From positions 1 to 64,000 of the IMG/VR virus record IMGVR_UViG_3300010160_000037: 64,000 bases of DNA; one strand, 5' to 3'. The translations under genes were made by a program, and so were the position numbers. The notes beneath the pieces were generated by a model, which worked only from the letters and a program-made list of their open reading frames with translations, was not told where the DNA came from and did no database searches. Shown here piece after piece: positions 1 to 9,223 of the stretch (its first letter is position 1; the number at the start of each line of letters is the position of its first letter). This DNA is from a virus.

Positions 1-25
1 GTTTTGAGTTGGTTGCTGGTATCAT
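1..25 (-). CDS. 5' end of a gene running off the window (MIPATNSK...), probably baseplate wedge gp6-like
   Basis: Minus-strand ATG at 25, downstream of a TAAATA motif (50-55). It lies immediately after the gp25-like gene, the usual position of gp6. Only 8 codons are visible. Confidence 0.35.
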
Positions 26-49
26 ATATGTTATGCCATTTGGATAACA

Positions 50-55
50 TATTTA
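50..55 (-). promoter_or_regulatory. Late (gp55-type) promoter TAAATA
   Basis: ATAAATA on the minus strand in the gap after gp25; the same motif recurs before many structural genes. Confidence 0.55.
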
Positions 56-77
56 TTAGTAAAATAAACTACGTAGA

Positions 78-515
78 TTATTGTAGAGATAATCCGGCCT
101 GTTTGTCAAAGTTTAAGCGCATTACATCAACTTGGCTTGTGGCTACAAAGGTAAGAGTAACTTCTAAAACTAGACCAAAATCTGCTTCTGTAATAACAAC
201 TGACGTGACATTAACTCTCGGATCTGATGCTATGATTTTTTTAATATCTTCTTCTATCGCAGATCTAACTTCTTCTGTAAACGGGTCATATAATTTTTCC
301 CATATTATAGTACCCCAGCTAGGATTCATTACACGCTCGCCCTGACGTGTGTTAAAATAATTCAACAAGTCTTGTTTAACAACATCGAAATCGTACATCG
401 TTACAGTTCTTGCTAGGGGATCTTGTGTTGAAAATCCCACATAAAACTGAGACGATTGCTGGCGATTTTGTTCGCTGTAATTAGCAGGTTGGATTATGAT
501 ATTTTTATATGGCAT
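78..515 (-). CDS. gp25: Baseplate wedge subunit, gp25/GPW family
   Basis: VKQDLLNYFNTRQGERVMNPSWGTIIW...DPRV is the GPW/gp25 signature; 145 aa; follows the gp5-like gene. Confidence 0.88.
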   Translation of the reverse strand: MPYKNIIIQPANYSEQNRQQSSQFYVGFSTQDPLARTVTMYDFDVVKQDLLNYFNTRQGERVMNPSWGTIIWEKLYDPFTEEVRSAIEEDIKKIIASDPRVNVTSVVITEADFGLVLEVTLTFVATSQVDVMRLNFDKQAGLSLQ

Positions 516-520
516 AGCAG

Positions 521-526
521 TATTTA
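521..526 (-). promoter_or_regulatory. Late promoter TAAATA overlapping the gp5 stop codon, 5 nt before the gp25 ATG
   Basis: Minus strand reads TAAATA-ctgct-ATG, with no Shine-Dalgarno sequence. Confidence 0.55.
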
Positions 527-2788
527 AGCCGATATAGTTCCGCCGGCGGACTGGAATACCTGCGCACAGAACGCATAGGTCCTTGGACCATTTCCTTGTT
601 TAATTCTAGTAGCTGGCATACTTGTCCAACAGCTACCGCACTTGTCAATGGCTTTTTGCAGTTGACCTAACCGAACATAATTGTAAGCACCAAGTTGCTG
701 TAATAATAGTATTGCGGCTCTATCCTGATTACCCGGAGTAAATTTCTTACCTTCAAACTTAGGATCACTTTGCAAGGCTTTTACACAACCATCCCATGTA
801 GTTGTCAAAAACTGGTATGCGCCTGCCGCTGATGAACCCTGAGGAATAGCCGCATATTTGTTAACATATCTTGGGTGATCTGCATACCCTTGCATCTTAT
901 TGACCACAGGTCCAGATTTACCATCAATTGTTCCACTGGTTGAATCAACATACCAGGGAAATACTCCTGTTTTAGGATTAGGGCCGTTAATACAATCATA
1001 TCCTTTGATAGAAGTTGTGCCTTCACAAGCTCGAATCAACCATAAGAATGCCGCAACGTTATCGTCCTCTAGCACACCGGTCTTCTTAGGTGGCTCGCCG
1101 GCTGGGGGTTTATTGTAGATTATCTTGGCATTTGGAAACGTGTTTGTTGCTGTATTCAACGAGTCTGTTCCGGTTGGTCCAAATCTTACAGGATTCACGT
1201 TTTCGTGTTGATCCCACGGTTCATGAGTCGGAACGCGGGTCATGATTGAAACGATGTCCGGTGCTTTGTATTGGGCGCCATCACTCCATGATCCGGCTTC
1301 CCTATTAGGTAAATTAAATCTAGGAAGTTTGTCAGCCGTTGTAGGCATTGTTGCTGGATCAGGCACACCTGGTTTTGGCCCAGCTGTAGCCGGATTGCCA
1401 TTCAACTGAAGATCGGGAGATGTTAGATTTAGTGATTGACTTCCTAACACATTGATTGTCTTTGTAGCGGCAATTGAAATGTTTGCGTTGGCATTAAAAC
1501 TTAAAGAGCCTGCACTACCTAGATTTATCAAGGTACCACCATTAATGTTCATATCTTTAGTAGAACCTAACGACATATTACCGCTGGCTTTTATATTAAC
1601 ATTAGTGCCCGCAGTCATGTAGATATTGTCAGTTTCGGCTGAAATATGCATGTCAGAATTAGCACCAACATACATATCGGTGCCTCCTAATATATGTAGC
1701 GCCTGGCTTGTCTCTAATTTAAAATCATTTCGAACACCAACATAAAAGTTCATATCTGACTCTAAGTGTACTTCACCGTTTGCAACCATTTTTAAATCAC
1801 GGCCAGCTTCTATATTAAAATCACGATCGGCACGTAGGTTAAAATCTCCCTCGGCATGCAATGATATGGAGTCAGCGGCATAGGCGTCTATCTTACCTTG
1901 ACTGGTCAGTTCTATCCATGCCGTGCCTGAGGCATTGGCAATATAGATTAAATCACTACTATTGTGCAAAAGTATCTGGTGCCCTGTGCGAGTGCGAATT
2001 CTAACAAGCTCATTGAGATTATCTTTATCTCCGTCGTCCATGACAAACTGAGAGCCGCCTAGTCGACTTACATAAGCTGTAGATTTTGTATCAAACCCTA
2101 TTTGACCGGTTCTAGCTCCCTGAGATTGATCAATTGGGCCCGGTGTGCTAATGCCAAATACACTCGATGGATACTCTCTTCTTGCTGAACTAGACGTCAC
2201 ACCCCGTATATCATCTAATATAAGACCCTGCGCCAGCAATCGATCTGCAAAAGGATGAACTGGTTTAGTAAACTTATCAACGTCGGCGCCTGATAAATCT
2301 CTACTTCGTTTTAAAAATTCGCCAACTGGAAGATATGTGGTTCCGTATTTTCTTTCTTGTTCAGTAGTTAAGGCAACATTGCGACTGGCGGCTATTCCAG
2401 GTACCATGTGATTTTGATAGGTATCAGGAACACAGCCAATCCAATAGCCGGCGTTTGCCATCCCCCTGATAAAAATAACCATTACACAGGAACCAATATC
2501 TGGTGGTACCATCCACATGCCATAGGATTTTTGTACATCTTGAAAATTAGCTGAATTGTTTCCTTCAAATGCAACCGATGTTGTTCCCCAGAACGGGCTC
2601 ATATAGTAAACTGGGATAGTATTTGATTGCAAGTTTGAATCAGCAGTACCACCTTCGTATAATAATACTTCAAGGCCGCCCATAAGAGTAGAATCAAGAT
2701 GATTTACTACCCTAGCCAAGAAAGGGCCAGCGCCCATGACTTGGCCTGCAAGGTTGTTATGTGCTGATTCGGTTGAATTAATTGCCAT
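524..2788 (-). CDS. gp5: gp5/VgrG-like baseplate hub/spike with C-terminal lambda-R-type lysozyme
   Basis: N-terminal OB-fold motif (YGMWMVPPDIG...YWIGC), RIRTRTGHQILLH, beta-helix repeats, and a C-terminal AFLWLIRACEG...SSAAGAYQFLTTTW...QDRAA...WTSMP muramidase. Confidence 0.8.
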   Translation of the reverse strand: MAINSTESAHNNLAGQVMGAGPFLARVVNHLDSTLMGGLEVLLYEGGTADSNLQSNTIPVYYMSPFWGTTSVAFEGNNSANFQDVQKSYGMWMVPPDIGSCVMVIFIRGMANAGYWIGCVPDTYQNHMVPGIAASRNVALTTEQERKYGTTYLPVGEFLKRSRDLSGADVDKFTKPVHPFADRLLAQGLILDDIRGVTSSSARREYPSSVFGISTPGPIDQSQGARTGQIGFDTKSTAYVSRLGGSQFVMDDGDKDNLNELVRIRTRTGHQILLHNSSDLIYIANASGTAWIELTSQGKIDAYAADSISLHAEGDFNLRADRDFNIEAGRDLKMVANGEVHLESDMNFYVGVRNDFKLETSQALHILGGTDMYVGANSDMHISAETDNIYMTAGTNVNIKASGNMSLGSTKDMNINGGTLINLGSAGSLSFNANANISIAATKTINVLGSQSLNLTSPDLQLNGNPATAGPKPGVPDPATMPTTADKLPRFNLPNREAGSWSDGAQYKAPDIVSIMTRVPTHEPWDQHENVNPVRFGPTGTDSLNTATNTFPNAKIIYNKPPAGEPPKKTGVLEDDNVAAFLWLIRACEGTTSIKGYDCINGPNPKTGVFPWYVDSTSGTIDGKSGPVVNKMQGYADHPRYVNKYAAIPQGSSAAGAYQFLTTTWDGCVKALQSDPKFEGKKFTPGNQDRAAILLLQQLGAYNYVRLGQLQKAIDKCGSCWTSMPATRIKQGNGPRTYAFCAQVFQSAGGTISA

Positions 2789-2793
2789 TTATT

Positions 2794-5700
2794 TTAGCTC
2801 TGTTTTGTTAGCATAAGTCGATCTAAAGGACTCAGTGTTCTTTGTGTTCCGTACAAACTATTTGCTGTATTTGCTTGTACGTAATATCCACCAATCCCCT
2901 GTACTGTTTGAATAGCATTAGCTTGATTAGACTCAACTGACCCTAGTCCCTGTATCGCTGGTTGTAATCCATTGATATTTAAACTTGCATTGTTTAGGGC
3001 GCTGGCACTACTGAATTTATCAATCTGCTGTGAGACAACTAAAGGATTACCGCCGCTGGTTCCCCCCGACTGTCCCCGTGATCCGCCAAACAACGCCAAG
3101 ACCGCGGCGACAGATGCGAATGATGCCGCGCCTGGCAGGTTTGCAATATTCCCGCCAGTTGCTAGAATTTTTTGTAAATCAGTTTGACTAACGTTGGCCA
3201 GTGGCGCCTTAGTCAATGCTTGCAATGCAGGTAAGTTAGCAATGCCTTTGCCTGTAATATTTTTTAAACTGAGTCCCAGTGCCTGGAATCCTTGAATATT
3301 AGCATCTATAGGAACAGATGACAATACTTTTTGTAGTCTTGATAGCAATGATGTTTGTTGATCTTTTGATAGTCCAGAAAATTGTGCAGGATCAATTCCT
3401 AATTGTGCGGCAATCGCTGTAGGGTCAGTAGGAATACCGTTTAGTGCGGCAATGGTTTTCTGGCCAACATTATTTAGATTAGAAGCATCAGAAGGATTAG
3501 TAATGTAATTTTTTCCGTCTGAGGTGATCACATTGTTTTTATAGTTTGTTTCCAACGTGTAAAGATTATTAGTATCCTGAACAAAGCTGGAAATAATATT
3601 TGACTGAGCATACTGGTTTGCTTGATTTTGTGCGGTACTGCTTGGTGCAGGGAGTGTAGTAGTTTGCAAAGGTATCCCGTTTGTATAGGGGTTATATCCT
3701 GTTAGGCTCTGTCCAACTGCCGGAGCACCTGGATCGTTTAATAGTGCATCTGCAACTGCAACTAGGCCACCAATTTGCATACCTACTGAAGCGATTGTCT
3801 GTAGGGGAGCAAGTAATCCCTGAACTGCTCCCAGTGTTTCTGCGGCGGCCGCATCTATTCTTGCAACCGAAGACTGCAAGGTATTTGTTGCTTTGTTAAA
3901 CAATCCATTTAGAGAATTCATTAGTCCGGCTGTTCCAAAGTTAGGAATTTGAGGATTTAAAATTTTGTTTAAATCTGCAACTGCTTTTTTAGCACCGTAC
4001 GTGTTAACTGATGCAGGCGCAGAATCTTTTGTTTGCTGTTGGCCTGGCTCCGGTATGGCTTTAAAAGGTATCGAAGGCGTCACCTTCTTAGAAGGTTGCT
4101 GGCCTGCTAATCTCCATAGATGTAACGTTTGTGTAAATTCGCCATCTCTAAAATGATGGTCTATAGATCGTACTCCAAATATTCCACTGAAATGATCTAT
4201 AGTTTCTCCACCAAAATCCATAAACCCGTCTGCACGATAATCTCTAGGATTTTTAAAATCAATGCTTATATAAATCTCACCATCCAACCACGGAGCTTCT
4301 CCGTTTTTATTTTGAGTTTCATTTTCAAACACAGGTTCAACATTGCTCATACCCGAGGTTACTAGGTAGTAAGGATCTCCAATAACTTTGCAGGTCATTC
4401 CTTGCATTTCGTTGTTATCAAGTAACTGATTTTGAATCGCTTGGGCTAATTGAAGGTACGGTGATATTTGTATTGGTTTTCCATCTAGTCCACTCTTACT
4501 TGTGTTGCCTGCGATTGCAGGAGCCGTGTTAACTACTACACTAGGATCTTTCGTCTGTTGATTGCCAGCTTTCACTTGCACCGTATTAGAAGGAGAAGCT
4601 CCCAGTGCTGTTGCAGACCTATCTTGCACACCTAATTTATAAGGCCGCTCCTGCAAATACAATGCATTAAAACTAATTCTAAAATCTAATAGGTCAACAT
4701 TTTTTCCAGTGTAGATGTAGTTGTATGTTCTAGATAGTGTTTTTCGTATTCCTTCAGGATCCCATGATCCAAATTCTTCAGGTAATCGTGAATAGTGTAT
4801 CCAGTACGGGCGAACCTCGTATGTAATAGTGTAGGCAGGGCGATCTTCTTTAGGATTTACTTTTTCTTTTAGTTTTGTAGTAACATAAACTCTATACCAA
4901 GGAACCTTTCCTTTATATTTGCCTTTCCATTTATCTTTGTTATCAATAAAATCTTTAGTGTATGCACTATCTCTGATAACAGCATCTATGATATCAAAAA
5001 TCTTAGTTCCTGCTCTAACAGAAATTGTTCCGCCTGCTGGGTCATACTTAACCGCAGTAACTTTATTATCTACAAATTTATAATTGTTTTTCTTTGTTGC
5101 ATCAGTTGGGGCCGCAAATTCAAACATGTTGTTTGCTCTTAGAAAATCATTAATTTCTTTATCTTCTATTGTAAAAGTTTCTGATGATCCGTCAGGTGCT
5201 TTTACTGGTAAGAATTTAATTTCGTATGAATTAAAAATCTTCGCTCCTTCAGAATCGTTACCTTTCTTCTTAGCGTCTTCTACTTCTTTTAACAGGCTTG
5301 TGAGCATGTCTCCAATTTTTTTGCCCTTCATCTTTAAAGTTACTGGAACGTCTGCATCCATGCCCAGTACGTTTGCATTCATATTAACAAACCCACATCT
5401 ATAGCTTGTTCCCCGCTCGTCGGAGGTAATTTGAACATTGTTTAAACCAACTGTCCAATATCTTTCAGACCTTGGTACTTTTTCAGCCTTACCAGTAGTG
5501 TCGTTCCAGCCCCAGAATTCTATCTTTAGACATAGCGGTACACCGACATGGGACTCATATCCTGCGGCAAGACAATTAACTCGTAACGACTCAAGGAACC
5601 CGCTCATACTAAGTGGTTCTATCACTGTCATTTGAATCTGTGTTACAACAGCACCCTCTGTTAATTTCCAAGGGCCGTTCATTTCAAGACTTTCTACAAA

Positions 5701-6066
5701 TAGGTCGTATCTACCTGTACCGTTCTTATTAAATTCATCTACTAATTGTTTTAACTCTTCATTTTTAGGTACTTTGTTACCATAGTATCCACCAGGTTGT
5801 GCGTCAGCATCTCTGCTTTCTGCAGGCGCACTACTGTAATCAAATAATTCTTTATCAGTAATTCCTTTAGTGCCTTTACCTGAAGTTTTAAAAATTACAT
5901 GTTCCAATTGGGGAGATTTTGCAAGATAAGAAGTGCTGTTGAATTGGTCTTGAGTTAGCACCGCAAGAGTAAACACATAATTGTACGAGCTGTAGTTGTT
6001 TAATGGGTTTGTTGCACCCACCGATGTAAACGTACTACCTGTGTTTAAATAAAACGTATCCGCCAT
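2794..6066 (-). CDS. Large baseplate hub-like protein (gp27/late control D-like) with low-complexity C-terminal extension
   Basis: 1090 aa in the baseplate operon. NPLNNYSSYNYVFTL near the start and IGDPYYL...FSGIFGVRSIDHHFRDGEFTQTLHL resemble contractile-tail hub proteins. Confidence 0.5.
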   Translation of the reverse strand: MADTFYLNTGSTFTSVGATNPLNNYSSYNYVFTLAVLTQDQFNSTSYLAKSPQLEHVIFKTSGKGTKGITDKELFDYSSAPAESRDADAQPGGYYGNKVPKNEELKQLVDEFNKNGTGRYDLFVESLEMNGPWKLTEGAVVTQIQMTVIEPLSMSGFLESLRVNCLAAGYESHVGVPLCLKIEFWGWNDTTGKAEKVPRSERYWTVGLNNVQITSDERGTSYRCGFVNMNANVLGMDADVPVTLKMKGKKIGDMLTSLLKEVEDAKKKGNDSEGAKIFNSYEIKFLPVKAPDGSSETFTIEDKEINDFLRANNMFEFAAPTDATKKNNYKFVDNKVTAVKYDPAGGTISVRAGTKIFDIIDAVIRDSAYTKDFIDNKDKWKGKYKGKVPWYRVYVTTKLKEKVNPKEDRPAYTITYEVRPYWIHYSRLPEEFGSWDPEGIRKTLSRTYNYIYTGKNVDLLDFRISFNALYLQERPYKLGVQDRSATALGASPSNTVQVKAGNQQTKDPSVVVNTAPAIAGNTSKSGLDGKPIQISPYLQLAQAIQNQLLDNNEMQGMTCKVIGDPYYLVTSGMSNVEPVFENETQNKNGEAPWLDGEIYISIDFKNPRDYRADGFMDFGGETIDHFSGIFGVRSIDHHFRDGEFTQTLHLWRLAGQQPSKKVTPSIPFKAIPEPGQQQTKDSAPASVNTYGAKKAVADLNKILNPQIPNFGTAGLMNSLNGLFNKATNTLQSSVARIDAAAAETLGAVQGLLAPLQTIASVGMQIGGLVAVADALLNDPGAPAVGQSLTGYNPYTNGIPLQTTTLPAPSSTAQNQANQYAQSNIISSFVQDTNNLYTLETNYKNNVITSDGKNYITNPSDASNLNNVGQKTIAALNGIPTDPTAIAAQLGIDPAQFSGLSKDQQTSLLSRLQKVLSSVPIDANIQGFQALGLSLKNITGKGIANLPALQALTKAPLANVSQTDLQKILATGGNIANLPGAASFASVAAVLALFGGSRGQSGGTSGGNPLVVSQQIDKFSSASALNNASLNINGLQPAIQGLGSVESNQANAIQTVQGIGGYYVQANTANSLYGTQRTLSPLDRLMLTKQS

Positions 6067-6067
6067 T

Positions 6068-6373
6068 TTACAATCCCAATGCTTTATTGATTGTTGAAAG
6101 TTGCGGAATAAAAATTTTAATACCAGGGATCATATCGTATACTGGATCTCTAACAACATCTTTATTACGCATAGCAAACACCCACCACAGTTGTTCATTC
6201 TGATATATATCAAATGCTAATAAATCCGGACGATGCTTGTACTGTGATGTTACTGTAAACAAGACATCATCTTTGAGTGCAGGAATATCTCGAATACTCA
6301 TTATGTCTAGATGATCGCCTTTTAAAGGAGTATTATAATAAGGACTTGCTTTGCTATAGGTAATATTTGCCAT
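6068..6373 (-). CDS. Baseplate wedge gp53/LysM-like (tail X) protein
   Basis: RPDLLAFDIYQNEQLWWVFAMRN...PGIKIFIP is a LysM-like motif; operon context agrees. Confidence 0.65.
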   Translation of the reverse strand: MANITYSKASPYYNTPLKGDHLDIMSIRDIPALKDDVLFTVTSQYKHRPDLLAFDIYQNEQLWWVFAMRNKDVVRDPVYDMIPGIKIFIPQLSTINKALGL

Positions 6374-6374
6374 T

Positions 6375-7136
6375 TTATAGATATCCTTTATCTGCTAATT
6401 TACCGTTTGCAAATTTATCAACTGAGTAGGCTAACTGTTGTGCTCTGCTGTATACGGGCAATAACTCTAGTGTAAGAGAACAGTTAACTGGAACAAAGTT
6501 TGTACCATAATCTGTAATGCCATCACCTACTTGAATATAATCAACGCTATCAGGATAATCAATTTTCCAACTTTGTACTACTACAGGCACTTTATGTAAC
6601 ATACTGTTACCGTAGGCTAATAATCTGCATACAGGCGGAGGAGAACCTGCACCGATGTCATCTCCCCAGCGCATTTTTGTTAGAGTTCTTAACAAATGCT
6701 GAACCGCTAATATTAACGACCCTTCATATTCATTTTGACAGGTAAATTTTCCTGTGATCTGTATTGCACCAGTTTGTGCATTTTTAAAAAAATAATTGTT
6801 GAAATTTGAATGTGTTGGTGCAAGATTAGTATATGATGCTTGATTAGTGTAGCTAATCGTTGGTGTAAAAGGAAATATAATTCCGCCAGGATGGCCGACG
6901 CCTTGGCCGCGAGAACCAGGGCCACCAATATCCTCGAAAGGTCTTTGACCTCTTAATGACGGGCCTCCACCTAGTGTACCGTAAGTATACATATCCGGAA
7001 CACATAGCTTTACTCTAATGTCCTGTACTTTGTTTCCGCTCCAGGCTACAGAAGCGGGGCCGGCTGGCACTGGCGACGCTAAGTCTTTACCTGCCATAGT
7101 TTTTACAAACACTTTTCCTTCGGTAGTTTCTGCCAT
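6375..7136 (-). CDS. Baseplate tail-tube initiator-like protein (gp48/gp54-like)
   Basis: IIFPFTPTISY...ITGKFT...PPPVCRL...VPVVVQSW resembles the tube-fold proteins that precede LysM genes in contractile-tail operons. Confidence 0.5.
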   Translation of the reverse strand: MAETTEGKVFVKTMAGKDLASPVPAGPASVAWSGNKVQDIRVKLCVPDMYTYGTLGGGPSLRGQRPFEDIGGPGSRGQGVGHPGGIIFPFTPTISYTNQASYTNLAPTHSNFNNYFFKNAQTGAIQITGKFTCQNEYEGSLILAVQHLLRTLTKMRWGDDIGAGSPPPVCRLLAYGNSMLHKVPVVVQSWKIDYPDSVDYIQVGDGITDYGTNFVPVNCSLTLELLPVYSRAQQLAYSVDKFANGKLADKGYL

Positions 7137-7155
7137 ATGTTTTTCCTTTACCAGT

Positions 7156-7173
7156 TATTTACCCTGATAAATA
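7156..7173. promoter_or_regulatory. Back-to-back late promoters: TAAATA (-) 7156-7161 for the baseplate operon and TAAATA (+) 7168-7173 toward gp55
   Basis: Sequence tattta-ccctga-taaata in the divergent intergenic region. Confidence 0.6.
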
Positions 7174-7195
7174 ATATACGTAGATAATAAAAGTC

Positions 7196-7223
7196 TTGAC
7201 TTCTTACTTTTTTCTGCTATAAT
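7196..7223 (+). promoter_or_regulatory. Sigma70-type early promoter for gp55
   Basis: TTGACT-16 nt-TATAAT with extended -10 (TGc), then GGAG and ATG at 7244. Confidence 0.75.
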
Positions 7224-7243
7224 AGTACTGGGAGATCCTATAC

Positions 7244-8167
7244 ATGACATCAATAATAACAACAAGAAAAGTCAAGTATCTAAACAATAGAGATTTATTG
7301 GCAGAGATACACAAAAGTAAAGTAAGTTTTTGCAGTTTTACAAAAGCAGAATATCATCAATATGATATCATACTTACAAACTTAGACAAAATTAATATTC
7401 GCACAGTAGCAGATGCTAAACGTGCAAGAGCAAAGCGACTTGGCATTGAAGCATTTAACGCATTAAGAATTTCAGGTGACAAGAAGACTAAACTTGCAGA
7501 AGTTACCCCAGATTACAAAACGATTCCTAAAGAAGATGTTGTCATACGCATTATGACATTTGAGCATATTCCATTAGCACCGGGTCGTAAAAAGACTACA
7601 AAGACCACAGCAGATAGTCACGACAAAGTTAACTTTCCTCCTTTCCAACATTGGAAATATGACGATCAAGGTAACTTAGAGTGTGTAGGCAAGAGTCACT
7701 GGAAGGGCGGAGTTAAGACCGGTAAGTTTAGCAAAGACCACGGTCGCATTACTGAGAACTTAGGCAAGATGTATATTAAACTAAGCGAACGGTACGCACA
7801 ACGTAGCAACTGGCGCGGGTATACTTACATTGACGAGATGAAGGGGCAAGCGATCCTACAGTTAAGTCAGATTGGATTGCAGTTTGATGAGAGCAAATCC
7901 GAAAACCCATTTGCTTACTATACTGCCGCAGTGACTAACAGTTTTACTCGTATCCTAAACATTGAAAAGAAGAATCAAAACATTCGAGACGATATGTTAG
8001 AAGAAAACGGTTTAACCCCTTCTATGACAAGACAGTACAGTCAAGAGTTTGCAGAAGAGATTGCTCGTCAAGCAGAACTATACAAAAATATGCGCATGCC
8101 AAAGAGCGAAGAAGATCCTATCGAAGAAGAGGAAGCAGAAACTACAAGTGGCAAAGAAATCACTTGA
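7244..8167 (+). CDS. gp55: T4-like late transcription sigma factor
   Basis: YLNNRDLLAEI...NWRGYTYIDEM...FDESKSENPFAYYT...ILNIEKK, an acidic C-terminal tail, and position directly before gp47/gp46. Confidence 0.85.
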   Translation: MTSIITTRKVKYLNNRDLLAEIHKSKVSFCSFTKAEYHQYDIILTNLDKINIRTVADAKRARAKRLGIEAFNALRISGDKKTKLAEVTPDYKTIPKEDVVIRIMTFEHIPLAPGRKKTTKTTADSHDKVNFPPFQHWKYDDQGNLECVGKSHWKGGVKTGKFSKDHGRITENLGKMYIKLSERYAQRSNWRGYTYIDEMKGQAILQLSQIGLQFDESKSENPFAYYTAAVTNSFTRILNIEKKNQNIRDDMLEENGLTPSMTRQYSQEFAEEIARQAELYKNMRMPKSEEDPIEEEEAETTSGKEIT

Positions 8168-8192
8168 TTTACCACTGCTTTTTTGTTAAAAT
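8164..8192 (+). promoter_or_regulatory. Sigma70-type promoter for gp47-gp46
   Basis: TTGATT-17 nt-TAAAAT with TGn extension, then AGGAG and ATG at 8210. Confidence 0.6.
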
Positions 8193-8209
8193 AAAAGATA
8201 GGAGATCGT

Positions 8210-9223
8210 ATGGGACTTTTTAAGAAAGTAGCGTGTTTCACTGACATCCATTTTGGGTTGAAGTCAAACTCTGCTACTCATAATCAGGATTGTGAAGAAT
8301 TTGTAGATTGGTTTATTGCAAAAGCCAAAGAGGAAGGTGCAGAAACCTGTATCTTCCTTGGAGACTGGCATCACAATAGAAACAGTATTAATCTAATTAC
8401 ACTAGATACGTCAATACGTTGCCTGGAAAAGCTAGGCGCCGCATTTGAACAGTTCTTTTGGTTTCCTGGAAACCACGACCTCTTTTATAAAGACAAACGT
8501 GAGATACACTCGAGTGCATTTGGTCGTCACATTCCGGGTGTTACAGTTGTAGACAGCATCACAACTATGGATGAGGTTACCCTTGTTCCGTGGCTGGTAG
8601 GCGACGAGTGGAAGACCATGCGAGAGCTAAAAAGCAAATATGTCTTTGGTCACTTTGAGCTTCCATTGTTCTATATGAACGCAATGGTACAGATGCCCGA
8701 CCACGGAGAGCTACGCAGGGAGGATTTCGCTGGGCCAGACTACGTGTTCAGTGGACACTTCCATAAGCGACAATCTAATAACAATATTGTCTACATTGGT
8801 AACGCATTTCCCCACAACTATTCAGATGCATGGGATGATGACAGAGGCATGATGATATTAGCATGGGGAGGCAAGCCCGAATATCACATCTGGGAAGACG
8901 CTCCTAAGTTTAGAACTATTAAATTATCAGATCTAATTGACCGTAAAGATGATGTTCTCAAGAGTAAGATGTATCTTAGAGTAAATCTTGACCTTCCGAT
9001 CACATTTGAAGAAGCGAATTTTATCAAAGAAGACTTTAGTAGCAATTACAACATACGAGAAATGAGTCTTATACAAGAAAAGACCACCATCGAAGGTGTG
9101 ATTGACGATTCAGCTGATGCAAAATTTGAATCAGTGGACCAAATTGTTACTGAGCAGTTGATTAATATCGAGTCTGATCAGTTTGAACAAAAACTATTGT
9201 TGGACATTTATCATAATCTATGA
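8210..9223 (+). CDS. gp47: Recombination nuclease, Mre11/SbcD-like metallophosphoesterase
   Basis: DIHFG, LGDWHH, GNHD, GHFE and SGHFH motifs. Confidence 0.92.
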   Translation: MGLFKKVACFTDIHFGLKSNSATHNQDCEEFVDWFIAKAKEEGAETCIFLGDWHHNRNSINLITLDTSIRCLEKLGAAFEQFFWFPGNHDLFYKDKREIHSSAFGRHIPGVTVVDSITTMDEVTLVPWLVGDEWKTMRELKSKYVFGHFELPLFYMNAMVQMPDHGELRREDFAGPDYVFSGHFHKRQSNNNIVYIGNAFPHNYSDAWDDDRGMMILAWGGKPEYHIWEDAPKFRTIKLSDLIDRKDDVLKSKMYLRVNLDLPITFEEANFIKEDFSSNYNIREMSLIQEKTTIEGVIDDSADAKFESVDQIVTEQLINIESDQFEQKLLLDIYHNL

